From a virus (lineage: Duplodnaviria > Caudoviricetes), in the IMG/VR virus record IMGVR_UViG_3300038499_000016, positions 32,001 through 96,000 of that record: a stretch of 64,000 bases of DNA; one strand, given 5' to 3'. Below, one piece after another: positions 35,810 through 44,434 of this stretch (position 1 is the first letter of the stretch; every line of letters begins with the position of its first letter). The position numbers and the translations under genes are program-made. Under the pieces are notes generated by a model. That model ran no database searches and was not told the DNA's origin. It worked only from the letters and a program-made list of their open reading frames with translations.

Positions 35810-37131
35810 TCAGTGCCCATTGAATCCTTCATGTTATGTTTTGGTCGGATCCGTTCCAAAATATCTGCGGTAGGCTCGATGCAAGCCTCTATGACTCTCG
35901 CATCTTTATAAGCATCAGGAGCCTCATCCAGAGTACCCATCCCCACCGAAGTCGAATAGATACCCTCCATCTGTTTCTTGAAAGTATCGAGGTCCACTCG
36001 TTTCTTAGCTTGGGCCCGACTCATGATGCGCCCCGCTCCATGAGGAGCCGAACAGTTCCAATCTGGATTAGACTTACCAGTACACAATAAAATGCCATCT
36101 CGCATGTTGAAAGGTAGCAAGAAGCGCTCTCCAGCATAGGCTCGGATAGCACCCTTCCTGATTATAAAGTCCCGAAAGTCAATGAAATTATGAACCGTCT
36201 CAATCTCATTAACAGGATCTTTTACATTCAGTATGTCCAAGATGATGCGGAGCATGTATTCCCTGTTCACCTCTGCATACGTCTGAGCGAAAATCATATC
36301 TGAAAGGTATCCCTGAGCATCATCTCCTTCCAACCACCGTAGATCATCCGGGCAATCATAAGAAGAATGCTTGACTTCTTCGTTTTTCAAGGCCTTTATC
36401 CGGTGATACAACTCTTCACCTTTATATTCAGCCTTGAGTTTAGCCAGAGCCTCCCTGTGCTCTTCTTTGCTCATGCGATTGACCCTACTGACAGCTAGAG
36501 TCTGCCAGAAATTGCAGATTTTCAGCCCAAAATTACGAGACCCCGAGTGTATCGTGACCCAGTACTCTCCTTTGTCGGATTGACCTATCTCAATAAAATG
36601 ATTACCTCCACCGAGACTGGCAATGCTTTTTATTGCACGGCCTAGATCCATGCCTATATCACGGCACTTCTGTTCGAACCAACCCATATCGTATCTGACG
36701 ACACCGAACCGGACTCCAAATTCCTTCTCGTATGCCTGTGCAAAATGCTCCGCCAAAACATTTGCTCTGTGCCAAGGAAATTCCCGCTCAATATCTAGGA
36801 CGGATCTATCGTGAACATTCATTCCAAAAGGTATCTGTTTACGGATACGATGATCCAGCACCTCTAAGGAGAGAAATAAAGACGACCCAATGTTCACGGA
36901 CCGAAGTCCACACCCTATATCGACCCCGATAACAGTAGGGATCAACTTATCGGCCATCTTCATCGTGAACCCAATTACTGACCCCTTCCCAGCATGAACA
37001 TCGCTCATGATGGCAATGGGATTAGTAAAAGCAATATGATTCACGAAACCTTGTATCTGACTCGTAGCAGTGTCTTCTACTTGGTCGATCATGACCTTCG
37101 CAGTTGTGTACTTACCAGAAATTGTGATCAT
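35806..37131 (-). CDS. rtcB: RtcB family 3'-phosphate/5'-OH RNA ligase
   Basis: DVHAG, GVDIGCG, SLGGGNHFIE, HSGSR, HN, RKGA, HGAGR, DEAPDAYK. Confidence 0.96.
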   Translation of the reverse strand: MITISGKYTTAKVMIDQVEDTATSQIQGFVNHIAFTNPIAIMSDVHAGKGSVIGFTMKMADKLIPTVIGVDIGCGLRSVNIGSSLFLSLEVLDHRIRKQIPFGMNVHDRSVLDIEREFPWHRANVLAEHFAQAYEKEFGVRFGVVRYDMGWFEQKCRDIGMDLGRAIKSIASLGGGNHFIEIGQSDKGEYWVTIHSGSRNFGLKICNFWQTLAVSRVNRMSKEEHREALAKLKAEYKGEELYHRIKALKNEEVKHSSYDCPDDLRWLEGDDAQGYLSDMIFAQTYAEVNREYMLRIILDILNVKDPVNEIETVHNFIDFRDFIIRKGAIRAYAGERFLLPFNMRDGILLCTGKSNPDWNCSAPHGAGRIMSRAQAKKRVDLDTFKKQMEGIYSTSVGMGTLDEAPDAYKDARVIEACIEPTADILERIRPKHNMKDSMGTD

Positions 37132-37141
37132 ACTACATCTT

Positions 37142-38038
37142 TCAGACTAAAGTATTGTTGACCTGCAAAACACAAAGACCCAAAGATCTCCACATGTTCA
37201 CAACCTTAGTTCTGTCATCTATGACATAAACCGTGTGGTAGTAAGGTTCAATCTGACTCTTATAGATCTCCTTCTTGACCACGGCATCCGGCCGGCTATC
37301 CCCCGTCTTCCGCATCAATATAAGACGACAAGGAATTTGATAACGCCTAATCCACCTTTGCGTATCGTCGTAACACGAATCTTCCCGACCCGATACCATG
37401 AGAACCATGAACATCCGAGCGAGGTCCTTCACCAACAGAATGACATCTTCACAAGGCTTATCATTACTTACCTTGGTGAGATCATAGTAATCCCGAACAC
37501 CCTCATTAAGAGCTACCGTCCCATCAACATCCACTATGATGCACTTAGGCAAAGAAGTCTGAGCCAACCGTCTAGAAACCGTCACCACTGGCGGTATATA
37601 GGAGTCCCTTACTTCAACCCTTCTGTTCTTCAAATATCTATCGTAAGTACCCTCTATAGCATCTTGGGGCAGTGACTCAGGACGCTTGGAATTACGGATC
37701 AAAGCCTCCTTAAGCGTTACCTCAAAAAACTTCTCAAAAATACGCACATTCCCTATACGCTGAGCAATCGCACAGGCTTGATCGAAAATATCATCCCGTA
37801 GATTAGTATTGTCAGAAATGACATCATAGCCGCTTTTGAGAGCTTTCTCCGTGATTAAATCACATACCTCATTGATGAACTTCTCGTTCTTCGGAGAATG
37901 CCGGCCATTGTCCAACATCTTCCTCATAAGGTCCTTGTTGACCCTCTTATACTTATCAGGATACTTCCGCATCTCCTCCAGAGCCCACGTGCTCTTACCG
38001 GATGCCTGAAGCCCCTTAGCGAGTACATACGTACGCAT
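37142..38038 (-). CDS. pseT: T4 Pnkp-like polynucleotide 5'-kinase/3'-phosphatase
   Basis: GLQASGKST P-loop, DNTNL; HAD motifs DVDGT, SGR, DDR. Confidence 0.92.
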   Translation of the reverse strand: MRTYVLAKGLQASGKSTWALEEMRKYPDKYKRVNKDLMRKMLDNGRHSPKNEKFINEVCDLITEKALKSGYDVISDNTNLRDDIFDQACAIAQRIGNVRIFEKFFEVTLKEALIRNSKRPESLPQDAIEGTYDRYLKNRRVEVRDSYIPPVVTVSRRLAQTSLPKCIIVDVDGTVALNEGVRDYYDLTKVSNDKPCEDVILLVKDLARMFMVLMVSGREDSCYDDTQRWIRRYQIPCRLILMRKTGDSRPDAVVKKEIYKSQIEPYYHTVYVIDDRTKVVNMWRSLGLCVLQVNNTLV

Positions 38039-38042
38039 GAAG

Positions 38043-39113
38043 TCAACCTTTCAACCTATTGGGGACTACCGGCCTGCTCATCCAAAACTCGTCCGTCTGT
38101 ACATGACCCTTACGAACCACCTTCGCAGTACTCCTGCGATAGTCCTTATATGAGATCTGGTTGGCCACTCGAATAACGTAACCTTCCAAGTCATCCCTGG
38201 TCGTTTTCTTGTATCGCTCTATACTTTCATCTATGAGAGCTCTAGCGCTGTCCTGAGACCCCCACACGAACCTACAGAGGGTAGGTACTACCTGGAGTCC
38301 CAACAGCTCAGCATAGATGAGTGTATCGTCCCAAGACAGTGCGATGTTTCTTTCATCCCAGATGTTGAAGACGTAGAAATAATCCTTGAGTTCTTCATAG
38401 TGTATGGAATGGGTAGCGTACAGGTTCTCCCCACAGATTCTCCACCCCTCCGGAATATCTCGTGCAATCCGCCCATGAAGAGCCTTCACCCAACTCCTAG
38501 ACTCATGATGCTTGGAATCAGTAGACCGAGCATGAATATAGTCTGGATAGAGACTCGTATTCTCACCGTCCAACTTAGCCGTAACGACGACTTCTTTGCC
38601 TATAAAAAAATCAACATTTTCATGCTGCCGGTCATCATTCTGAAGATTAGGACTCCACGGGCAATGATACGTTCTCGGATATTTCACATATTTCAGAAAA
38701 ACACCAAGTAAATTGGCCTCTTTGAGTACCTTCTGGACCCGGTCTTCCCCAAACAATTCCCCCTTGATACGCATCCCTGATGGACGAACGATGTTGCCCC
38801 AATGGTCATACTTCTCATCGGCATAGAAATGATCGGGTAAAACTACCTCTGTGATGCCTGCAGCCTCTCGAAGCTCGTCACAAGACAATGTAGTGGTCTC
38901 AGCCGCGTAGTGATGGGTCGCACAGAGGGATACGCCATTCTGAAGGTAATACCCTCCAGAGTCACCCCAAAGGGACCTGTCTAAGAGATGGTGGGCAGCA
39001 GCGGGGCTCAACTCGCTCACGGCATCCGCAACAGGCTGCTTGCAGATAACACACTGCCCATGGTCCCTTTTGAAGACCTCGGTACGGAAGGTGTCTCTGG
39101 TGAGCAGCAACAT
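38043..39113 (-). CDS. ATP-dependent RNA ligase with an N-terminal HNH-like domain
   Basis: CVIC..AHH..NGVSLCATHH; KYPRTYH, KLDGEN, GEN, EGYVIR, KVVR. Confidence 0.88.
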   Translation of the reverse strand: MLLLTRDTFRTEVFKRDHGQCVICKQPVADAVSELSPAAAHHLLDRSLWGDSGGYYLQNGVSLCATHHYAAETTTLSCDELREAAGITEVVLPDHFYADEKYDHWGNIVRPSGMRIKGELFGEDRVQKVLKEANLLGVFLKYVKYPRTYHCPWSPNLQNDDRQHENVDFFIGKEVVVTAKLDGENTSLYPDYIHARSTDSKHHESRSWVKALHGRIARDIPEGWRICGENLYATHSIHYEELKDYFYVFNIWDERNIALSWDDTLIYAELLGLQVVPTLCRFVWGSQDSARALIDESIERYKKTTRDDLEGYVIRVANQISYKDYRRSTAKVVRKGHVQTDEFWMSRPVVPNRLKG

Positions 39114-39137
39114 AAATGATCCTCTACTTGATACATC

Positions 39138-39365
39138 TTAACCAATGTCCACGTGATTAGTATTATACACCCGAAACTCAAAAACAATCGTATTCAGAAC
39201 AAGTAGGGACACCTCAAACATGGGTTTGTGGTCCCCCTTGTAGAGGTCAAGATTAATTTTCAACTCAAAAAAAGTCACACCGTCCGAGAACTTACGCACA
39301 AAATTCAAAAAGTACAGTTCCAGGGCGTAGTTCTTAGATATTCTCGCATCGAATCCCATTTTCAA
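39138..39365 (-). CDS. Hypothetical protein
   Basis: Overlap with the upstream stop; D..GDH.P pattern. Confidence 0.55.
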   Translation of the reverse strand: MKMGFDARISKNYALELYFLNFVRKFSDGVTFFELKINLDLYKGDHKPMFEVSLLVLNTIVFEFRVYNTNHVDIG

Positions 39366-39637
39366 TCCTTTCGGAATTCATCACATATTCCTTTTCCACT
39401 CACTTCCCGCTTTCTAAAATTCCATGCTTCCCACGCCTCCCACTGTTTCTCAAAAGCGTCATCGTTTTCATCCGTTCTTGGTAGTGCGAGTTTCGGATAT
39501 GGAGGTACAGTACTACTGCCAAAACAACAGTAATATTCTGTTGGATCGTCGTAATGTCCAATACTCAGTATGCTCTTGCACACGGCACAACAATCTACCG
39601 GAAACCTATATGACTTTGGAACAAATTCTTTTTCCAC
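39362..39637 (-). CDS. Hypothetical Cys-containing protein
   Basis: CCAVC...ICDEF. Confidence 0.6.
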   Translation of the reverse strand: MEKEFVPKSYRFPVDCCAVCKSILSIGHYDDPTEYYCCFGSSTVPPYPKLALPRTDENDDAFEKQWEAWEAWNFRKREVSGKGICDEFRKD

Positions 39638-39715
39638 ATCTTCCTCTCTTATGACGAAACTTCACGCCCATTCTTTGTTGATGATATTCTCTATTCACGA
39701 ATAGAGAACGCACCA

Positions 39716-40330
39716 TCATACACAAGGACTCGAAGGCTTGCCTTTCCACTTGTTGTCACAGCTCTTAGCGCTCTCGCACGTCTTGCAATCTGTTGCTGTA
39801 AGCCGGCACTCAGAAACATTATCAATGAAGATCTTATCGAGGTCTACGAAAACCACATCAAATCCATCCATGACGTCAGGTAGTTCCCGATATACCTTCA
39901 AAACCGATTGCATCATAACGCCAGCCACCTTCTTTGAATCCAACCCCCCTACCCCAGTCCCCAAGGCCGTACAACCCATCCGCTTGACCCCATTAGCCGC
40001 GGCTAAGACTAGAGCCGACCCAAAAGCCCTTCCTACCACTTCAAGCGCTGTAGGCCCCCCAGGCTGCTTCATAGTCACGGCATGGACTATGTGCTTGATA
40101 CCCCGGGCCCCCAACTTACCTGGTATCGTGATATAGGCCTGCCCGGGCTTAGGATTCTGTAACCCACATACCAAGAAAGCATCCTTCTGGATCTCGTCTC
40201 CACCGGCCTTCCTAATAGCTCCGGCGATACCACGACCCATTGGGCCGACGCCATTAGCAGCCGATTGTATGCCGTCCAGCTTCAATTCCTCGATGAGGTC
40301 TATGAGGTTACCTACTCGTTTGGTGATCAT
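39716..40330 (-). CDS. Macro domain (ADP-ribose binding/hydrolase) protein
   Basis: AANGVGPMGRGIAGAI, IVHAV, ALGTGVGG. Confidence 0.92.
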   Translation of the reverse strand: MITKRVGNLIDLIEELKLDGIQSAANGVGPMGRGIAGAIRKAGGDEIQKDAFLVCGLQNPKPGQAYITIPGKLGARGIKHIVHAVTMKQPGGPTALEVVGRAFGSALVLAAANGVKRMGCTALGTGVGGLDSKKVAGVMMQSVLKVYRELPDVMDGFDVVFVDLDKIFIDNVSECRLTATDCKTCESAKSCDNKWKGKPSSPCV

Positions 40331-40556
40331 GATTTTTCCTATGAAAAATACCAGTTACAAAACTTCTGAATACACAGTACGCGAGCACACTGGGGCCACA
40401 AAAAAATGACAACAACAAAAAACCTAACCAACCCTTAAGATCCTCACGATCTCTATCCAATACGTCTTGTACTGCAAGCATTGTGATGAACAGGCCGGCG
40501 ATACCATAACAAATTGGAACCAACCACCAAGGATTCATTTCGCCTCCAACAGACAC
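40308..40556 (-). CDS. Small two-TM membrane protein
   Basis: Two hydrophobic segments; likely start at 40538 after GGAGG. Confidence 0.55.
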   Translation of the reverse strand: MSVGGEMNPWWLVPICYGIAGLFITMLAVQDVLDRDREDLKGWLGFLLLSFFCGPSVLAYCVFRSFVTGIFHRKNHDHQTSR

Positions 40557-41002
40557 AAAAATCCCGTATCCTTCAAAGAACGGTCAATGTCCGTAAGTTT
40601 CTCTGTCAATTTCTTTAGAGCATCCAGACCGTTCATCTCCACCCACAGCCCGTACTTGAACTTCTTTCCATTGGGCAGCATAGGAACGATTGAATAGCCT
40701 TCTGGAACCTTACACGACGGCTCACAATCAGCAAAAAAAGACAGGGGAAGACCTATCAAACAAACTCTGCTCGATAGCTCTCTCAAGAGATCCTCAATAT
40801 CAGCAAGAGTCATGTTGTAGGTCGTCATCGCTTCCATGATATACTGCCCTGCAATCATGGCATTGTTGTACTCTGGAAGATCTATGATTTGATGCATCCT
40901 TCCAAAATAGCCTAAAACATCTTTAGTCATGCCCTTACTCCCGACAGAAAATTTGAGAACAGGCCATGCATCACGCTCCAGGACTTTTAGACAACTTTTC
41001 AA
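40535..41002 (-). CDS. Hypothetical protein
   Basis: ORF track, overlaps neighbours. Confidence 0.55.
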   Translation of the reverse strand: MKSCLKVLERDAWPVLKFSVGSKGMTKDVLGYFGRMHQIIDLPEYNNAMIAGQYIMEAMTTYNMTLADIEDLLRELSSRVCLIGLPLSFFADCEPSCKVPEGYSIVPMLPNGKKFKYGLWVEMNGLDALKKLTEKLTDIDRSLKDTGFLCLLEAK

Positions 41003-42980
41003 GAATCATGTCAAACTTCTTGTTCACGTCAGACAACGAAATATACTCCTCACTCCGAGCCTCCTGTACTCCGCTTTCACTATAGTGCTCCTCAAGTATC
41101 TCAAGCAACAACTTCTTCAAAGCCCCCGCCTGAGGCAGCGGAGGTAATTTACACTTAGTAGCCAGATCCGAGACGTGATCCATCCGCCTCTGAAACTCCC
41201 GATCAAACCGGTCAAAATCCCCCCACTCCCCAGCACGCATCAACTTACTTTCTTCCTTACTCCTCATCAGATCTATGTCACCTACCGTTAGGATCTGTTC
41301 CAGTTGGTCAAGAAGCCGTAGAGTATGGTAAGCCATTTTACAGTTTCCTTGTACAGCTATTTTTCCATCCAATCTTGTTATCAAAGTTCCATTAGGAACT
41401 TCAAAACAAACAACGTTACCAGAATATTTTTTTACACAGCCTCCACGCAGCTTCAATTTTTTGGTGTGTGTAATTCCTGTGGTATTAAAACAAACGGCTT
41501 TGGGTCTTGACTTTTTTCTCACGTTAACTAAAGTTTGATAAATCAACCCTGTTCTTTCTACCCCCTTAGAATCAACATATATTGAACTGTAGGGACCCAT
41601 AATATTTGAATCATATCCAGATAGTAAGGCTAATATTTGATACAAATCACTAAGATTTTTTACAGTAGAGTAATATATTTCTTGCCTATAGATTTTTTTC
41701 TCAGTACCATCCCCGAGAAACATGCCATATCGCATAGCTTCTGCCTCCATCACCGACATATCCAAAACCCATGCAGGATATTTCTTATTTTTACCTGCTC
41801 CAAAATCTTTGTATATACTTTTTATCATGGGTTTTTTGTGTGTTATCCACACTGTTTCTACAACAGGAATTTTACTAAAAGTACCGTTTGGCTTGTGTGT
41901 ATAGGTATACTCCCTTAGACCAAACTTACTTTTTACCTTACGCATGAAATCAAAAACTTCTTTCTTGCCCATCCTGGTTTGTGAAAATCTTAAAGCTCTG
42001 ACCCTAGATGTCCTGTAAGACACAGACCCTTCCGATAAATATAACCCTATCAACACTAATTCATCTAGATCTTTTCCCAGCCCTTTTCTATTATTATTAA
42101 CAGAAGTTCTTAAATGATACCAACTTCTTTTATTATCAGATAAGTCTTTAATAGGACTTAAATTCCAATAACAATCTTTGTCTGAATATTGAAGAGTTCT
42201 AGATCGGTGGCAAGGAGAATTTAAAATATTGTGCCCTCCTGTTACAGAAAATTTAGTGAAATTGTTTTCAATGTTGTATATTTTATAAATGCCCTTTTTT
42301 ATTATTCTTGATAAAGGTCTTTGAAAATCTATGTTCCCTGTAACTACATCTACAGTAGCTAATTTTTCTGATGTTATGTCCCCGTAGAGTTTCCAACCAG
42401 AATTGGTTAAAAATTCTGTACTATCTATGTAACAGTCAAAACCATGTTTCTCAATCAAAGCCTTCCGATCTTCTGTCTCTGGATTCCTCTGCCGGATACG
42501 ATGCATCTGCCCATTCGCATACCCCTTAAAGGCATGAAATGTCTTCATGGATATGAAAAGCCTTCTGTTATCTCTAAGGAACCATCCCATTTTGGTCCCA
42601 ACAGTGACCAATTCCCTACGCACAAACAGACACTCGATCAGATTAGGTGACCCCTTGAGACCAGCATGTATAAAGAACTCAATAAGGGATACCCACTCAG
42701 CCTCAAAGGGCTTATCCCCTATCATTATCTTTTTCTTACCCTTGAGCTCCTTTCTGCGGAAATCTGGAAGCGCATCAAACCCCAGCACAAAGCCATACTT
42801 CTGAGGAAACAAATGCTCATGCTTGGGAAGGACTATGGCAAGAATGTCATAATCAGATTTTTCCGTAGAACATCCATAAGCACGCGATCCTACTATAGTC
42901 TCCAAGAGCAGATTGTCCACAAGCCACTGCTCATGCTTCTGGAACTTACCGTTCTGAGCATACCACTGGGTATAGTTCAC
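40971..42980 (-). CDS. Pol-beta superfamily nucleotidyltransferase (RlaP-like), intein-containing
   Basis: GSRAYG..SDYD, PNLIE, GYA; splicing restores GFD-CKMAYH..RL (cf. GYDxKxAYH). Confidence 0.85.
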   Translation of the reverse strand: MNYTQWYAQNGKFQKHEQWLVDNLLLETIVGSRAYGCSTEKSDYDILAIVLPKHEHLFPQKYGFVLGFDALPDFRRKELKGKKKIMIGDKPFEAEWVSLIEFFIHAGLKGSPNLIECLFVRRELVTVGTKMGWFLRDNRRLFISMKTFHAFKGYANGQMHRIRQRNPETEDRKALIEKHGFDCYIDSTEFLTNSGWKLYGDITSEKLATVDVVTGNIDFQRPLSRIIKKGIYKIYNIENNFTKFSVTGGHNILNSPCHRSRTLQYSDKDCYWNLSPIKDLSDNKRSWYHLRTSVNNNRKGLGKDLDELVLIGLYLSEGSVSYRTSRVRALRFSQTRMGKKEVFDFMRKVKSKFGLREYTYTHKPNGTFSKIPVVETVWITHKKPMIKSIYKDFGAGKNKKYPAWVLDMSVMEAEAMRYGMFLGDGTEKKIYRQEIYYSTVKNLSDLYQILALLSGYDSNIMGPYSSIYVDSKGVERTGLIYQTLVNVRKKSRPKAVCFNTTGITHTKKLKLRGGCVKKYSGNVVCFEVPNGTLITRLDGKIAVQGNCKMAYHTLRLLDQLEQILTVGDIDLMRSKEESKLMRAGEWGDFDRFDREFQRRMDHVSDLATKCKLPPLPQAGALKKLLLEILEEHYSESGVQEARSEEYISLSDVNKKFDMILEKLSKSPGA
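41343..42434 (-). mobile_element. Intein (364 aa) with LAGLIDADG homing endonuclease
   Basis: Starts CYIDSTEFLT..GW; block B TGGH; LIGLYLSEGS and GMFLGDG; ends CFEVPNG...VQGN followed by Cys; visibly AT-richer than its exteins. Confidence 0.92.
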
Positions 42981-43237
42981 AAAACCGCCTTCCGAAAAAT
43001 ATCTCCACCCTTTTGTAACAAAACAGTACTGATACCATAACGTATTCTCACAGTCTTTGTAACCGGTATATCAATCAAACACGTAGCACCATCTGGTGAA
43101 CTATGAATGATCTCAACATCCGTACCTTTCGCAACTACCAACTCAATAGTCCTCGGCGATAAACTAGATGCCTGAGACACGCCAATACGGAGTTCTTCCT
43201 CAAGTATATCCCAGCTCATAGTAAACTCCTTTAACAA
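42977..43237 (-). CDS. Hypothetical protein (likely start 43219)
   Basis: AAGGAG RBS; ATGA overlap with the nucleotidyltransferase gene. Confidence 0.6.
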   Translation of the reverse strand: MLKEFTMSWDILEEELRIGVSQASSLSPRTIELVVAKGTDVEIIHSSPDGATCLIDIPVTKTVRIRYGISTVLLQKGGDIFRKAVL

Positions 43238-43254
43238 GTGGGTTAGACACCAGT

Positions 43255-43283
43255 ATTATACACCCGAAAGATGGAAAAATAAA
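43255..43283 (-). promoter_or_regulatory. Sigma70-like promoter (GGTG-TATAAT -10, weak -35)
   Basis: Perfect TATAAT at 43255-43260, upstream of the accessory/RNA-repair operon. Confidence 0.5.
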
Positions 43284-43291
43284 GGAAGGGC

Positions 43292-43315
43292 GGGCCGCCA
43301 TGACTATGACGGCCC
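43292..43315 (-). terminator. Probable terminator hairpin
   Basis: GGGCCGUCAU/AUGGCGGCCC stem just after stop 43325; U-rich tail offset by a few nt. Confidence 0.5.
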
Positions 43316-43324
43316 TGAATATAC

Positions 43325-43963
43325 CTAAGCAGTCCGCCTATTCAAAGCACGGCCCTCAAGATACAACTGGTCATTGATGGCAAGCGGGGTCATTCCATAC
43401 TTATCGGCAAGGCGATTAGTAAGCACCATCAACCGAACATGGTCCTGGAAGGAAGGTTTGCCTTCATCCACCTTAGGCTCAAATCCATCAATTGCATTCA
43501 CAGCCGCTATGACATGACTGCCAAACGGCAACATCCCGCGGTAATGGATAGCCACCTTATAATGATGGTGCAAAAACATCTTAAGGGCAAAGAGCAACGA
43601 AAAACACGGTTCCAGACTAGCAAACTCCTCAAGAATCCCAACCACAGGATATTCTATGGTTGCAAGCTCATATGCCCTATTGTTATGACCCAATACTGTA
43701 AAACGTTTCTTCAGAACTCCTGCGTCCTGAGGCACATAACCAAGGTCAGGACTTCCAAACTTCTTCTGCAAAAAAACAGGAGCATCCTCATAGGTCACAC
43801 GAGCATCAAGACAGGCATAAAACCTCTCCGAAAAAACTCTGTCCTTATCCTTACTACCCAACGAGTTCTTGGGTTGAGAAAGATAGTGGAGAAGAGTAGA
43901 GCCAACCGGAATCTGTTGAAAGGCAAGATCTAGAGAAGCGGCAGCAATAATGGAGACGCGCAT
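43325..43963 (-). CDS. Hypothetical protein
   Basis: GGAGGA RBS; own promoter and terminator. Confidence 0.75.
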   Translation of the reverse strand: MRVSIIAAASLDLAFQQIPVGSTLLHYLSQPKNSLGSKDKDRVFSERFYACLDARVTYEDAPVFLQKKFGSPDLGYVPQDAGVLKKRFTVLGHNNRAYELATIEYPVVGILEEFASLEPCFSLLFALKMFLHHHYKVAIHYRGMLPFGSHVIAAVNAIDGFEPKVDEGKPSFQDHVRLMVLTNRLADKYGMTPLAINDQLYLEGRALNRRTA

Positions 43964-44049
43964 TGGAATCCTCCGCGCTATGGGTTGGATGAAACAGCGG
44001 ACACAAGGACCGCAAGACCAGCCTACACAGTTAAAGCTGGACTGCAGAT

Positions 44050-44078
44050 AGTATACACCAAGAAAAGAATAATGTCAA
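44050..44078 (-). promoter_or_regulatory. Sigma70 promoter TTGACA-N17-TATACT
   Basis: -35 at 44073-44078, -10 at 44050-44055, 17-nt spacer. Confidence 0.8.
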
Positions 44079-44114
44079 ATAAAAAGGCCCAGGAGAATAC
44101 CCATCCCCTGGACC
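44077..44114 (-). terminator. Intrinsic terminator ending the protein + ncRNA unit
   Basis: GGUCCAGGGGA/UCUCCUGGGCC stem with G.U pairs, then UUUUUAUUU. Confidence 0.85.
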
Positions 44115-44434
44115 CGTCTGTTATTACAATCGTATAATGATTGCTAACAATTGTTAAGTGTCTCCTGTCGTGACTTCTGTTGGTCAACATTATATCTCTG
44201 CTCTACCGCTGAGCTACAGACCCTCATAGTTCTCAATGAGTCATAAAGAACTGTGAGGGTCTGAGGGGATTTGAACCTCTGACCGAGAGTATTCCAACAG
44301 AATCGTCAAAGAGCACTTTGTTAAGTATGAGCATGGAACGGTAATAATGTAAGTCTTAACATGACATTCCCACTAGTTTCATCTCATGGACTTACCAAGT
44401 GGGTATGAGCATGAATATGAATATTTCCGTTCTT
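44077..44434 (-). ncRNA. ~350-nt structured ncRNA with a circularly permuted tRNA-like domain
   Basis: T-arm AGAGG-UUCAAAU-CCCCU precedes the acceptor-like hairpin CAGACCC/GGGUCUG and D-arm UAGCUCAGCGGUAGAGCA; enclosed by UUCUGUUGG/CCAACAGAA; repeat-rich 5' domain; no substantial ORF. Confidence 0.8.

Noticed and set aside
39687-39708. Perfect 10-bp inverted repeat TTCTCTATTC-AC-GAATAGAGAA as an operator
   Set aside because: Single occurrence with no promoter nearby; more simply an mRNA hairpin, and no function can be supported
44195-44290. Canonical tRNA gene
   Set aside because: The halves are in reversed order (T-arm before D-arm), there is no anticodon loop, and the acceptor end is closed by a hairpin
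44077-44434. Permuted two-piece tmRNA
   Set aside because: It has a full D-stem, G3-C70 rather than the G3.U70 alanine determinant, no encoded CCA and no recognisable tag reading frame
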